Shown here one piece after another: positions 1-8,995 of a DNA stretch of 32,000 nt. The DNA lies in NCBI GenBank assembly GCA_942493095.1, contig OW818675.1:2130001-2162000 (forward strand), read 5' to 3'. Source of the stretch: Candidatus Electronema halotolerans (GTDB taxonomy: Bacteria; Desulfobacterota; Desulfobulbia; Desulfobulbales; Desulfobulbaceae). Position numbers and translations under genes: made by a program. Each line of letters begins with the position of its first letter. The stretch's first letter is position 1. Below the pieces are notes generated by a model. The model saw only the letters and a list, made by a program, of their open reading frames with translations. It was not told the origin of the DNA and did not search any database.

Positions 1-457
1 GCAGGAACTGCCGGGCCGACTGCCACGGTCGTTCGGCAAAAGGATCGTAGGCATCCACCTCTTTGACCAAGGCGCGGAAGCGGTCAACAGTCATTGGGAA
101 GCGGGCCGCGACCTCCTCACAGAGCAGATTCAGGTCATTGGAAAAACGAAGGCTGCCCTGCGGAAAGATCACCTCGGATTCAAGCTGCTCATGGGTGGTG
201 AATGCTTTGCGGGAGAGCTGGAGCTGCCGGAAGAGCCGATTCAGCGGCGCGTGCTTGACCTTGGGCAGGGCAAAGTTGGTCATGGCATGAAGACCAGTCT
301 CCAGCAAATGCCCGTGGCGGAAATAATACGAATTCAGGCCGCCGGGCAGGCTGTGCTGCTCGACAATCAGCGGCTTGAGGCCAAAGCGGGCGGCGCGGAT
401 GCCAGCAGCCAAGCCAGCCAGGCCGCTGCCGATGATGATAAGCTGGTGATCAGCCAT
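1..457 (-). CDS. NAD(P)/FAD-dependent oxidoreductase (phytoene-desaturase-like); N-terminus present, C-terminus runs off the window
   Basis: My reverse-strand translation from ATG (cat at 455-457) gives MADHQLIIIGSGLAGLAAGIRAARFGLKPLIVEQHSLPGGLNSYYF..., a classic GxGxxG dinucleotide-binding fold followed by the amine-oxidase-type 'GG' motif. It is absent from the ORF track because it is open at the window edge. Confidence 0.75.
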   Translation of the reverse strand, partial: MADHQLIIIGSGLAGLAAGIRAARFGLKPLIVEQHSLPGGLNSYYFRHGHLLETGLHAMTNFALPKVKHAPLNRLFRQLQLSRKAFTTHEQLESEVIFPQGSLRFSNDLNLLCEEVAARFPMTVDRFRALVKEVDAYDPFAERPWQSARQFL

Positions 458-535
458 GATAAGAACAGAGGATGCTGAAAGGTGCCGGGCTGTCCTGTTG
501 CAACAGGACGAAAGACAGTTCAGCCCGGCCTGCGC

Positions 536-787
536 TCAGGCATCCTTGAGTTTGGGTTCAAGGTAGTTGACGCAGCTTGTCAGGGTGGCAAGCTGGGGAT
601 AATCCTCTTCCGGTATCTGGAGTTTGTGGCGTTTGCGCAGCTCCATGACAATGTCGAGGAAGTCCATTGAATCAAGGTCGAGCTGGTCGCGAAGCGGCTT
701 GTCCGCGTCGAGATCGTCAAACTCGGCCTCGTCGTCTATATCTTTGATAATTTCAAGGATCAAATCCTTAATGGCATCAGGGGTCAT
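536..787 (-). CDS. acyl carrier protein (phosphopantetheine-binding)
   Basis: 83 aa, acidic, with the DLDSMD motif (Ser phosphopantetheine attachment site) at the typical position in ACP helix II. Confidence 0.85.
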   Translation of the reverse strand: MTPDAIKDLILEIIKDIDDEAEFDDLDADKPLRDQLDLDSMDFLDIVMELRKRHKLQIPEEDYPQLATLTSCVNYLEPKLKDA

Positions 788-926
788 TCTTGCTCCTCAG
801 AAAAATGCGTTGTTCATTGTTAATCATTGTAATAAATCACAATATCCTTTTTGGATAACAAAAAAAAGAAGCGATTGGGTGTAAATTCCTGATCGCTGCT
901 CAAATGGAAGCTGCCGCAGTGCGATT

Positions 927-1937
927 TCACATCAGTCCAAGCAGGAAGTTTTTCACACATTCTCCAAGAACATCAGTGTTATAACCACCTTCTTGGCATA
1001 CCAGTGTGGGTATTCCCAGGGCCTGAAACTGTTTGCCGATTGCAAAGTAATCTTCCGTGCCAAGGTTGAATCCCCCTATCGGATCCATTTCATGCGTGTC
1101 AAAACCGGCGGCAATAATAAGGTATGCAGGATTAAAAGTACGAATTTCAGAAAAAATACGATCTAATGCTGCGCTGTATTGTTCCAGTTGCGCACCTTTG
1201 GCTAAAGGCTCATTATAATTTGTTCCGACAGCCTGACCTTTGCCTCTTTCCTCGGCGTAGCCCCAAAAATACGGGTATTCATCATCAGGAGCACCATGAA
1301 CAGAGGCGGTGAATACAGATTTTATCTCATCAAAAAATTCCTGCGTTCCGTTTCCATGATGATAATCTATATCTACTATTGCCACTTTACCTTCAGGCAA
1401 CAGATACTCGGCAGCTGTAGCCACATTGTTGAAGTAGCAATAACCGCCAAACACACGGGGGCCTGCATGATGCCCGGAAGGTCTGCACAGGGCATATACC
1501 GTTTTTTCAAGGCCATCTCGAATCAATTCAGCACCTGTCAAGGCCGTTTCAGCAGAGGCCCGCGCCACTTCATAGGTTTTTCTTTTGATGGGAGTTACCG
1601 CATCAGTGCACCAAATTCCACCCCAGAGCGGTGAATCAGATTTTTTTCTAAGATGGGCGCCCTCGCCGGGAAAAAGATCAGGATAAAACTCCTCTTCATC
1701 GTTTTGCAAAGACAATGCTGTGTTCTTAATATAATCGTGATAGGGATGCAGGCGAGTGATGAATCGTTCTGGAAATGATTTTGCAGTAAGAAATTGAAAC
1801 CGCTCATCTGAACGAAGCACCTTCTTGATGGATTCAACGCGCTTTGGCGTATCTTTCACCTCGTAGGCTTCTGGTCCAAGCTGATACTTCCAATAGGGAT
1901 TATGCAGGCTGTCGTTATACTTTTCAATTACTTTCAT
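927..1937 (-). CDS. histone deacetylase-family amidohydrolase (acetylpolyamine/acetoin-utilisation type)
   Basis: Motifs PSGHHAG, GGYCYFNN, DIDYHHGNGTQ and GFDTHEMDP match the arginase/deacetylase-fold Zn site and catalytic His pair. Confidence 0.85.
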   Translation of the reverse strand: MKVIEKYNDSLHNPYWKYQLGPEAYEVKDTPKRVESIKKVLRSDERFQFLTAKSFPERFITRLHPYHDYIKNTALSLQNDEEEFYPDLFPGEGAHLRKKSDSPLWGGIWCTDAVTPIKRKTYEVARASAETALTGAELIRDGLEKTVYALCRPSGHHAGPRVFGGYCYFNNVATAAEYLLPEGKVAIVDIDYHHGNGTQEFFDEIKSVFTASVHGAPDDEYPYFWGYAEERGKGQAVGTNYNEPLAKGAQLEQYSAALDRIFSEIRTFNPAYLIIAAGFDTHEMDPIGGFNLGTEDYFAIGKQFQALGIPTLVCQEGGYNTDVLGECVKNFLLGLM

Positions 1938-4071
1938 GAATTGCTCTTCCTTTGTTTAACAGTTCGATGATTCGTTCTTGCGGAACAGGCGGGCACCAGC
2001 GCTGTCTGCGCCCATTCATTCCATTAGAGCAAAAAATGGCATTGATGACTGCCTCTTCAGTTGCTTCCACCACAGCCTCATACACCAAATTTATATGATT
2101 GTCGGAAATACATTTTAACGTTAAAAAGCTGCTGTCAGAAACGCTCTTTCGAGGCTTGCGGTTGCCTGTGCTGAAGGCAATAACAATTTCGCCACTGGTT
2201 GAAGCAGCATAAGAGCCGGTTCGGCCAAGTCCGAGAGCCGCTCGTTTGGCTACACGATTAAGCTGACTGTTGATGAGTGGTATATCAGTGGCAACAACAA
2301 CAATGATTGATCCTTCTGATACTTCCCGGCGGATATCAGGATCGAATTCCTTGTCTAATTGCTTGCCAACAACTCCTCCCTCAACAGTAAGATTGCGCAT
2401 CTTGCCAAAGTTTGACAGCACAAGCACACCTATTGTAAAGGCATTTTTTCCAGAAAGGTCCAGTATGCGTGAAGAAGTGCCTATTCCTCCGGCAAAATCA
2501 AAGCTGGTCATGCCTGCACCTGCGCCAATGGAGCCTTGCATCACTGGTCCTGATGATGCCGCCTCTATAGCCTTGATGGCATCTTGGGCCGAGCAGTATC
2601 CAACTCGTATATCGTTGAGAAAAGAATCGTCAGCTTCACCAACTACAGGCAGAACCACATCAGTTTTGGTGCCAAGATGCGGATATTTTTTCAGCATATG
2701 GTTGACAACGCCAGCATGAACCCGACCAACTGAATGCGAATTTGTAAGAAGAATAGGTGTCTCCAGCCAGCCTGTCTCAACAACTTGGGTAAGCCCAGCC
2801 ATTTCTCCAACACCATTGAGGATGAAGCCGCCAGCAGCAATCCGATTGGCATAAGCCTGGCCAGCAGGCATGATGGCGGTAACACCAGTGCGTATGGAGC
2901 TTTTTTCTGTCCCTCCGGGAATTGGAACGTCATCTTCCATCTTGGTGAAATGACCAACCCGAACACCCTTGACATCTGTGATTGCATTATGGATGCCTGG
3001 ACTCATCCGGCCAATTTGAATTCCCAGTTCTCTGGCGGCAGGCCGTGAGGTGCCTGATCTGAATCCACCTTTTTGCGGCTGCTTGATTGCAAGACCATAT
3101 CGGCGGGCGGCAGAGCGTATGATCAACCTCATGACATCTCTGAATTCAAGACCGCGTGATCTGGCAGCCGTCATAAGGGAGGCATTTGGATGCAGACTTG
3201 GCAGGGGATTAAGTTCAATAAAATATGGTTGTCCGTTTGTATTCAAGCGAATATCCACCCGGCCAAGGTCAGGGCATGACATGATGTCAAAAACTGCACG
3301 AGCCATTTTTATAACAGCTTTTTCTTCCTGTTGACTAATAGTTGCTGGACAAACGACATTGATTGCTTCTGCCCCTTTTCCCCCTTGCTTCATGTCGTAG
3401 TCATAGATATTATATTTGCCATCAATCGTATCCATGTCAAAAGTGTGTTCAACGATGTCAAGCAGCTTGCCAGGAAAGCTCTCAAGAAATGGGATGCTTA
3501 ATTCACGACCTTCTATAAATTCTTCAACCACAAGACCTGATGGATAATTTTTCAAAAGACCGTTTATTCTTTCCAGTGCCTGATCATGCGATTCAACAAC
3601 AGAATTTTGTGTAATACCTTTGCTTGATCCTTCTGAATTTGGTTTTATTATGAGCGGATATTGTAAATTATCGGGTAAATTTTTCTCCTTCTCGATAATC
3701 AACACACCTTTGGGAACGCTGATTCCGTATGATGCCAAAACAGTTTTAGCAAGATGCTTATCAAGATTAAGATGCAGCAGCGATGCATTGCCGCCGGTGA
3801 AGGGGATGCCCATCTGCTCGTACAATCCTGGGTAGAATGCCTCACGGGAACTGCCGATAGTCCCTTCTGCAAGATTAAATACAAGATCAGGCTCACTTTC
3901 AATCAGGCGTTCAATCACATCATTTGGTTTGCCTGAGACTTCAACGACTGTTACTGTGTGCTGAAGACTGCTGATGGCAGTGGATATTCTGTTAATGTCC
4001 TCTTCAGTTAAGAGTTCAGCCGTTGCTTCCGTATCATCAGTTCTAAGGTTGTAAGCTATTGTAATTCTCAT
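1924..4071 (-). CDS. fusion protein: N-terminal D-Ala-D-Ala-ligase-like ATP-grasp domain plus C-terminal DmpA/P1 (S58) aminopeptidase-like domain
   Basis: 715 aa. Residues about 1-330 look like a Ddl-type ATP-grasp (LHLNLDKHLAK..., IIKPNSEGSSKGI, RVDIRL..GQPYFIELNPLPSL). Residues about 360-715 look like DmpA/BapA (NAITDVKGVRVGH, TGVTAI, GAGAGMTSFDFAGGIGTSS). It overlaps the HDAC-like gene by 14 nt. Confidence 0.8.
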   Translation of the reverse strand: MRITIAYNLRTDDTEATAELLTEEDINRISTAISSLQHTVTVVEVSGKPNDVIERLIESEPDLVFNLAEGTIGSSREAFYPGLYEQMGIPFTGGNASLLHLNLDKHLAKTVLASYGISVPKGVLIIEKEKNLPDNLQYPLIIKPNSEGSSKGITQNSVVESHDQALERINGLLKNYPSGLVVEEFIEGRELSIPFLESFPGKLLDIVEHTFDMDTIDGKYNIYDYDMKQGGKGAEAINVVCPATISQQEEKAVIKMARAVFDIMSCPDLGRVDIRLNTNGQPYFIELNPLPSLHPNASLMTAARSRGLEFRDVMRLIIRSAARRYGLAIKQPQKGGFRSGTSRPAARELGIQIGRMSPGIHNAITDVKGVRVGHFTKMEDDVPIPGGTEKSSIRTGVTAIMPAGQAYANRIAAGGFILNGVGEMAGLTQVVETGWLETPILLTNSHSVGRVHAGVVNHMLKKYPHLGTKTDVVLPVVGEADDSFLNDIRVGYCSAQDAIKAIEAASSGPVMQGSIGAGAGMTSFDFAGGIGTSSRILDLSGKNAFTIGVLVLSNFGKMRNLTVEGGVVGKQLDKEFDPDIRREVSEGSIIVVVATDIPLINSQLNRVAKRAALGLGRTGSYAASTSGEIVIAFSTGNRKPRKSVSDSSFLTLKCISDNHINLVYEAVVEATEEAVINAIFCSNGMNGRRQRWCPPVPQERIIELLNKGRAIHESN

Positions 4072-4129
4072 TTATGACCCTCTTTGAAATGAACATTTCT
4101 TCAGCCAGTCGGGCTGATTCAAACTCCAG

Positions 4130-5377
4130 CTATTTTGCCACCACTCTCTTAACGATAAGCGTGGAATTTATTCCCAACATGCCAAAGGAGTTGTTGAGAA
4201 TGGTCTCGACGCGGGGCAGTTTCTGCGCTTCGCCGCTGACCAAGCCCGGCAGGGCGCATTCCGGGTCAAGCTGATCAAGATTGATGGTCGGATGGACCAA
4301 GCCGTCGGCAAAGGCGGGCAGATTGGCGGCCAGCTCCAGCACCCCGGCTGCGCCCATCGCATGGCCAATGATCGACTTTGTGTTATTGATCAGCAGATTC
4401 TCGCAGCCTGCAAAAACTTCGGCAATGGCCCGGCATTCCTCGACATCGCCCTGCTTGGTGCCGGTGGCGTGGGTGTTGATCAGGTCAATGTCCGCCGGAG
4501 TCATGGCCGCCCGCTCAAGGGCAAGGCGGATGCACTCGGCCTGCCGGGGGCCGTAGGGCAGGACAAAATCGCGGGCATCCGAGTTCATGGCATAACCGAC
4601 AATCTCGGCATAAATTTTCGCGCCTCTGGCCATCGCCTTGTCTAACCGCTCCAGCACAAAGACGCAGCCGCCCTCGGAAATGACAATGCCGTTCCGCTCC
4701 TGATCAAAAGGACGGCTGGCCTTGATCGGATCAGCATGTTCAGCCAAGGCGCCTTGAGCGCGGAAACTGGCAAAGATGCCAAAGGAGCCGACGCATTCGG
4801 ACAGCCCGCCGCAGAGAGCCAGATCAACCTCATCCAAGCGCAGCATCTGGCAGCCTTGAATCAGGGCGGCATTGCCTGCGGCGCAGGCCGCGCCCACCGA
4901 GTAGTGCGGCCCGGTGATGCCGAAAGTCATGGTGATCTCGCCCGCCGGATTGTTGAGCACGGTGCGCGGGTTGTGGTGGTGGGTCCAGTAATCCACATTG
5001 TGGTCATACTGGCCGATATTATAGACTTCGTTCTCAGTCTCCACCGTGCCGTGCTCAGTCAGGCCCATATAGACCCCGGTGCGCTCTGGCCGATATTGCG
5101 AGAAATCAATCCCGGCATCAGCCAAGGCCTCGCCAGTGCAATAGACACCAAGGCAGCCTGCCCGTGTGCCGCGCTTGTTCTCCCGCTTTTTCCGATACTT
5201 GGTTTCTGGGAATTCGCACAGTCCAGCAGGATGCACACCCATATAGCGCAAATCCAAGGTGGAAATGCCGCTCCGCCCGGCCAGAACCTGCTCCCGGAAC
5301 TCAGCCAAAGTGCTGGCTCCACCCGGCGCAGCCAAACCCACGCCGGTGATGACAATGCGCTGCGAATCCGACATCAT
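4130..5377 (-). CDS. beta-ketoacyl-ACP synthase (KAS I/II family)
   Basis: 415 aa. RIVITGVG N-terminus, active-site context GPHYSVGAACAAG, and His motifs NTHATGT and GHAMGAAG. The start overlaps the alaS stop (ATGA). Confidence 0.85.
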   Translation of the reverse strand: MMSDSQRIVITGVGLAAPGGASTLAEFREQVLAGRSGISTLDLRYMGVHPAGLCEFPETKYRKKRENKRGTRAGCLGVYCTGEALADAGIDFSQYRPERTGVYMGLTEHGTVETENEVYNIGQYDHNVDYWTHHHNPRTVLNNPAGEITMTFGITGPHYSVGAACAAGNAALIQGCQMLRLDEVDLALCGGLSECVGSFGIFASFRAQGALAEHADPIKASRPFDQERNGIVISEGGCVFVLERLDKAMARGAKIYAEIVGYAMNSDARDFVLPYGPRQAECIRLALERAAMTPADIDLINTHATGTKQGDVEECRAIAEVFAGCENLLINNTKSIIGHAMGAAGVLELAANLPAFADGLVHPTINLDQLDPECALPGLVSGEAQKLPRVETILNNSFGMLGINSTLIVKRVVAK

Positions 5378-8031
5378 TGGCCCGCCTCCAGTAGTTCAGC
5401 AACAATTTTTGGCATGGCCTTGACCGCCTCTGGCAGCTTGTCCGCCATTGGCCCGCCAGCTTGGGCCATGTCCGGCCTGCCGCCGCCCTTGCCGCCAACT
5501 ATGGCCGCTGCCGCCTTGACAATGTCGCCAGCCTTAATTTTACCGGTCAAATCTTTGCTGACAATTGCGAGCAGGGCCGCCTTGCCATCCACCACGCCGC
5601 CGAGCAGAGCTGCTCCGCCACCCATTTTGTCGCGCACTTTGTCGCCGACCTCGCGCAGGGTCTTGGCTGAATCGAGCTTGAGCTGACCGCTGATCACCTT
5701 GATGCCGCTGACCTCAACTGCGCCTGCCAGCAAGGAATCCAAATCAGAAGACGCTGCCGCCGCGCTCAGGGCAGCCAGCTCCTTTTCCAGCTCCTTCTGC
5801 CGCTTGAGCAGGTTTGGCACCTTGACGAGCGCATCTTCAAAGGAGCCGGAAAGCATTTTGCCCAGCTCATCGGCCTGCGCAGCCAGCTTTTGCAGCCAGT
5901 CAATCGCTGCCGGGCCAGTGACCGCCTCAATCCGGCGCACCCCAGCGGCAATGCCGGTTTCGGAAATAATCTTGAACAGGCCGATGTCGCCGGTAGCTCC
6001 GGTGTGGGTGCCGCCGCAGAGTTCCTTGGAAAAGCCGGGAATGCTCACCACCCGCACCTCGTCGCCGTATTTCTCGCCAAACAGAGCAGTTGCGCCTTCA
6101 GCAATCGCCTGCTCTTTGGCCAGCACCGCTGTTTGCACCGGCGTGTTGCGGCGGATTTCCTGATTCACAAGCTGCTCAATGGCCCGGATTTCCTCCGGCG
6201 TGACCGGCGAAAAATGGGTGAAGTCAAAGCGGAGGCGGTCAGCGCGAACTAACGAGCCTGCCTGCTTGACATGGCTGCCAAGGACTTGCTTCATGGCTGC
6301 GTGGAGCAGATGAGTGGCCGTATGATTCAAGGCTGTGGCAGTGCGCTGCTCATCCACTTGCAAGATGACTTCTTGACCAGCACTCAGCACGCCTTGCGTG
6401 ATTGTGCCGCTGTGCAGCACCAGTCCCTCGGCAGCCGCCTTGACCGAATGCACAGTCAGCTTGCCACCCGGCCATGTCATCGTGCCGCTGTCGCCGACCT
6501 GTCCGCCGGATTCAGCGTAGAACGGGGTCTGCGGACAGAAAACCTGCACTTGCGCTCCAGCGGTCGCCCGGCTGATCAAGCTGCCTTGGTTGTCGAGAAT
6601 GCCCTCAGCCACACTCTCCGCACTTCGTTGTTTATAGCCAAGAAACTCGCTTTTCTTGCCCTGCTCCAGCAGATTGATCACGCCAGCAGAGAAATGATCC
6701 AAGTCCTTAGCTTTCCACGAGCGGCGCGACTGTTCACGCTGCTCCTGCATGGCCGCTTCAAAGCCTGCGTCATCTAAACCAATGCCATGCTCCAAGGCCA
6801 CATCACGGACAATATCTTTTGGAAATCCGTAGGTGTCATAGAGTTTGAAGATGAAATCGCCGTTGATCACTGGGCGTTCAGGCTGTTCACCCAAAACCCG
6901 TTGAATTTCCTCATCCAGCATGGCCAAGCCCTTGTCCAGCGTCTCGCCAAAGCGACTCTCCTCGTGATCCGTCACCTTGTCCAAGAGCTGGCTGGAGTCA
7001 GGCAGATGCGGATACGCCTCGCGCATGGTGCGCACCACTTCCCGGCAGACCTCGCCAAAGAAGGGGCCATTCAAGCCCAGTGTCCTGCCAAAGCGGATAG
7101 CCCGGCGCATGACCCGGCGGAGCACATAGCCCCGCCCTTCATTCGAGGGCAGGACTCCGTCCGCAACCAGAAAGGCCGCAGCGCGGGCATGATCGGCAAT
7201 GACCCGCATGGCCGTGTCATCAGCACGATTCTCGTGATATTTCTTGCCGGAAAGCCGCTCCACCGTGCTGATCAGCGGGGCAAAGACATCGCTGTCAAAG
7301 TTGTTGTATTTGCCTTGCAAGACTGCCGCCACCCGCTCCACGCCCATGCCGGTGTCAATCGAAGGCTTGGGCAGCGGGGTCAAAGTGCCGTCCAAGGAGC
7401 GGTAGAACTGCATGAAGACCAGATTCCACAGCTCAAGGAAGCGGTCACAGTCGCAGCCAATGGCACATTCCGGCCTGCCGCAGCCGTGCTCCGCGCCCTG
7501 ATCAAGGTGAATCTCAGAGCAGGGGCCGCAGGGGCCGGTGTCGCCCATTGCCCAGAAATTGTCTTTCTCGCCAAGGCGGACAATGCGGCCTTTGGGCAAA
7601 TCCTCAATCTGCTCCCAGAGTTCCTGCGCCTCGTCGTCGTCGCGAAAAATCGTGATCCAAAGCCGCTCTGGGCTGATAGCCAGTTCTTTGGTCAGAAATT
7701 CCCAGGCAAAGGCGATGGCCTCTTTCTTGAAATAATCGCCAAAGGAAAAATTGCCGAGCATCTCAAAGAAGGTATGGTGCCGGGCAGTATGGCCGACGTT
7801 TTCCAAGTCGTTGTGCTTGCCGCCAGCCCGCACACAGCGTTGGCAGGAGACCGCCCGGACGTACTCGCGGTGCTCCTCGCCCATGAAAATCCGCTTGAAC
7901 TGGAACATGCCCGCGTTGGTGAAAAGCAGGGTGGGATCGTCATGCGGGACGAGCGAGGATGATTCGACGATGGTATGCCCTTTGCTGGCAAAGTAGTTGA
8001 GAAATTTTTCTCGCAGCTGATTTCCAGTCAT
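5374..8031 (-). CDS. alaS: alanine--tRNA ligase
   Basis: Full-length AlaS similarity: FTNAGMxQFK, the editing-domain HxxxH motif (HTATHLLH), CGGTH and a C-terminal DHHA1 region. I place the start at internal ATG 8031 (MTGNQLREKFL...). The upstream 37 codons of the tracked ORF run into a palindromic repeat. Confidence 0.95.
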   Translation of the reverse strand: MTGNQLREKFLNYFASKGHTIVESSSLVPHDDPTLLFTNAGMFQFKRIFMGEEHREYVRAVSCQRCVRAGGKHNDLENVGHTARHHTFFEMLGNFSFGDYFKKEAIAFAWEFLTKELAISPERLWITIFRDDDEAQELWEQIEDLPKGRIVRLGEKDNFWAMGDTGPCGPCSEIHLDQGAEHGCGRPECAIGCDCDRFLELWNLVFMQFYRSLDGTLTPLPKPSIDTGMGVERVAAVLQGKYNNFDSDVFAPLISTVERLSGKKYHENRADDTAMRVIADHARAAAFLVADGVLPSNEGRGYVLRRVMRRAIRFGRTLGLNGPFFGEVCREVVRTMREAYPHLPDSSQLLDKVTDHEESRFGETLDKGLAMLDEEIQRVLGEQPERPVINGDFIFKLYDTYGFPKDIVRDVALEHGIGLDDAGFEAAMQEQREQSRRSWKAKDLDHFSAGVINLLEQGKKSEFLGYKQRSAESVAEGILDNQGSLISRATAGAQVQVFCPQTPFYAESGGQVGDSGTMTWPGGKLTVHSVKAAAEGLVLHSGTITQGVLSAGQEVILQVDEQRTATALNHTATHLLHAAMKQVLGSHVKQAGSLVRADRLRFDFTHFSPVTPEEIRAIEQLVNQEIRRNTPVQTAVLAKEQAIAEGATALFGEKYGDEVRVVSIPGFSKELCGGTHTGATGDIGLFKIISETGIAAGVRRIEAVTGPAAIDWLQKLAAQADELGKMLSGSFEDALVKVPNLLKRQKELEKELAALSAAAASSDLDSLLAGAVEVSGIKVISGQLKLDSAKTLREVGDKVRDKMGGGAALLGGVVDGKAALLAIVSKDLTGKIKAGDIVKAAAAIVGGKGGGRPDMAQAGGPMADKLPEAVKAMPKIVAELLEAGQ

Positions 8032-8066
8032 TCTTGTTTGTGACAGCGTATAGGTGATGAAATCCC

Positions 8067-8183
8067 GTAGGGGCAACCCCCTGTGGTTGCCCGGAATCCC
8101 CGGAGCAGTCCCGGATTGGTCGCCCCCAGAATATCCGGCCAACCGGCATAAACCAGAGGGCAGACACAGGGGGCTGCCCCTAC
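8067..8183. repeat. GC-rich palindromic intergenic element (REP/MITE-like)
   Basis: GTAGGGGCAACCCCCTGTG (8067-8085) is the reverse complement (18/19) of CACAGGGGGCTGCCCCTAC (8165-8183). An inner hairpin GGGCAACC/GGTTGCCC is also present. A T-run follows at 8185-8190. Confidence 0.5.
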
Positions 8184-8188
8184 ATTTT

Positions 8189-8746
8189 TTATTTCAAATA
8201 CGGCAACATGGCCTTGAAGGCCGGAGTGCCTGCTTTGTGGAGAAATTCATAGATGAGCATCTCTGCCGGAGCCAGCACCGCGCCGATCTCCCGCAGCCGC
8301 TGCTGGCCGTAAGCGTGATTTTCCGGGGTGCGCGAGGAAATGGCATCCGCAACCACCTGCACCTCGTAGCCCTCTTGCAGTGCCCCGACAGCGGTCTGCC
8401 AGATGCAAATATGGCTTTCCACGCCGCAGAGCAGCAAGGTTTGCACTGAGGCGGGCAGATGATTGAGCAGCCGCTTCATGCCCGGATTCGCAACGGCGTT
8501 GAACTCAGTTTTATCGACACAGGGCTTGTCAGCAAGCAGCCCGGCCAGCTCCGGCACAAAAGGGCCAATGCCTTTTTTGTACTGGGTGCAGGCTAAAACC
8601 GGAATGCCCAGCACCTCGGCCAGGCGCAGCATCAGGCTGATATTTCTGCTCACCCGCCCCGCCTCATGGATATGCGTCATCAGGCGTTCTTGCGGGTCTA
8701 TCACCAGCAGGCAGCATTCCCGCGACAGGAGAGTTCCGGTGTTCAT
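8189..8746 (-). CDS. isochorismatase-family cysteine hydrolase
   Basis: CLLVIDPQE (Asp), a conserved Lys region and LLLCGVESHICIWQTA (catalytic Cys context). The start is set at MNTGTLL (ATG 8746) rather than the longer tracked ORF. Confidence 0.8.
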   Translation of the reverse strand: MNTGTLLSRECCLLVIDPQERLMTHIHEAGRVSRNISLMLRLAEVLGIPVLACTQYKKGIGPFVPELAGLLADKPCVDKTEFNAVANPGMKRLLNHLPASVQTLLLCGVESHICIWQTAVGALQEGYEVQVVADAISSRTPENHAYGQQRLREIGAVLAPAEMLIYEFLHKAGTPAFKAMLPYLK

Positions 8747-8995
8747 GTCATGCTCAGGCTGAAGTTGATGGTCAAACGGCCCTTTTCTTTTAGTGGGCGG
8801 CGGAAGAATTTGCAACAGAAAAACGCCCAGCGGGCAAACGTGCCGCAGCGCAGCATACTCTATTTTGGGGCAAAGTGGAAGAGGTCAGGGCCGCTGCTGA
8901 AAAACTTGTTGAATCAAATGAAAATTTCCATCATCATTAGGAGAAGGTTAGCGAACAGTCAGCGGAAGGTTAAAATTCACCCCACAGGGAGCATT

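Noticed and set aside
63-478. Plus-strand ORFs 63-290 and 191-478
   Set aside because: The minus strand here encodes a flavoprotein with a textbook GxGxxG N-terminus, so the plus-strand frames are shadows.
6787-7962. Long antisense or shadow ORFs: 6787-7962 (+), 9395-10597 (-), 17683-18651 (-), 20009-20995 (-), 24654-25736 (-), 26457-27488 (-), 28607-29782 (+), 29975-30973 (-), 31147-31992 (-), 4736-5686 (+) and many shorter ones
   Set aside because: Each lies fully opposite a gene with clear family motifs. Their translations are Ala/Arg/Gly/Pro-rich low-complexity strings typical of GC-rich shadow frames, and they have no SD or motif support.
5374-8142. 922-aa version of alaS starting at 8142
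   Set aside because: The first 37 codons (MAGYSGGDQSGTAPGIPGNHRGLPLRDF...) are encoded by the GC-rich palindromic repeat at 8067-8183 and have no AlaS similarity. Canonical AlaS N-termini begin like MTGNQLREKFL (ATG 8031).
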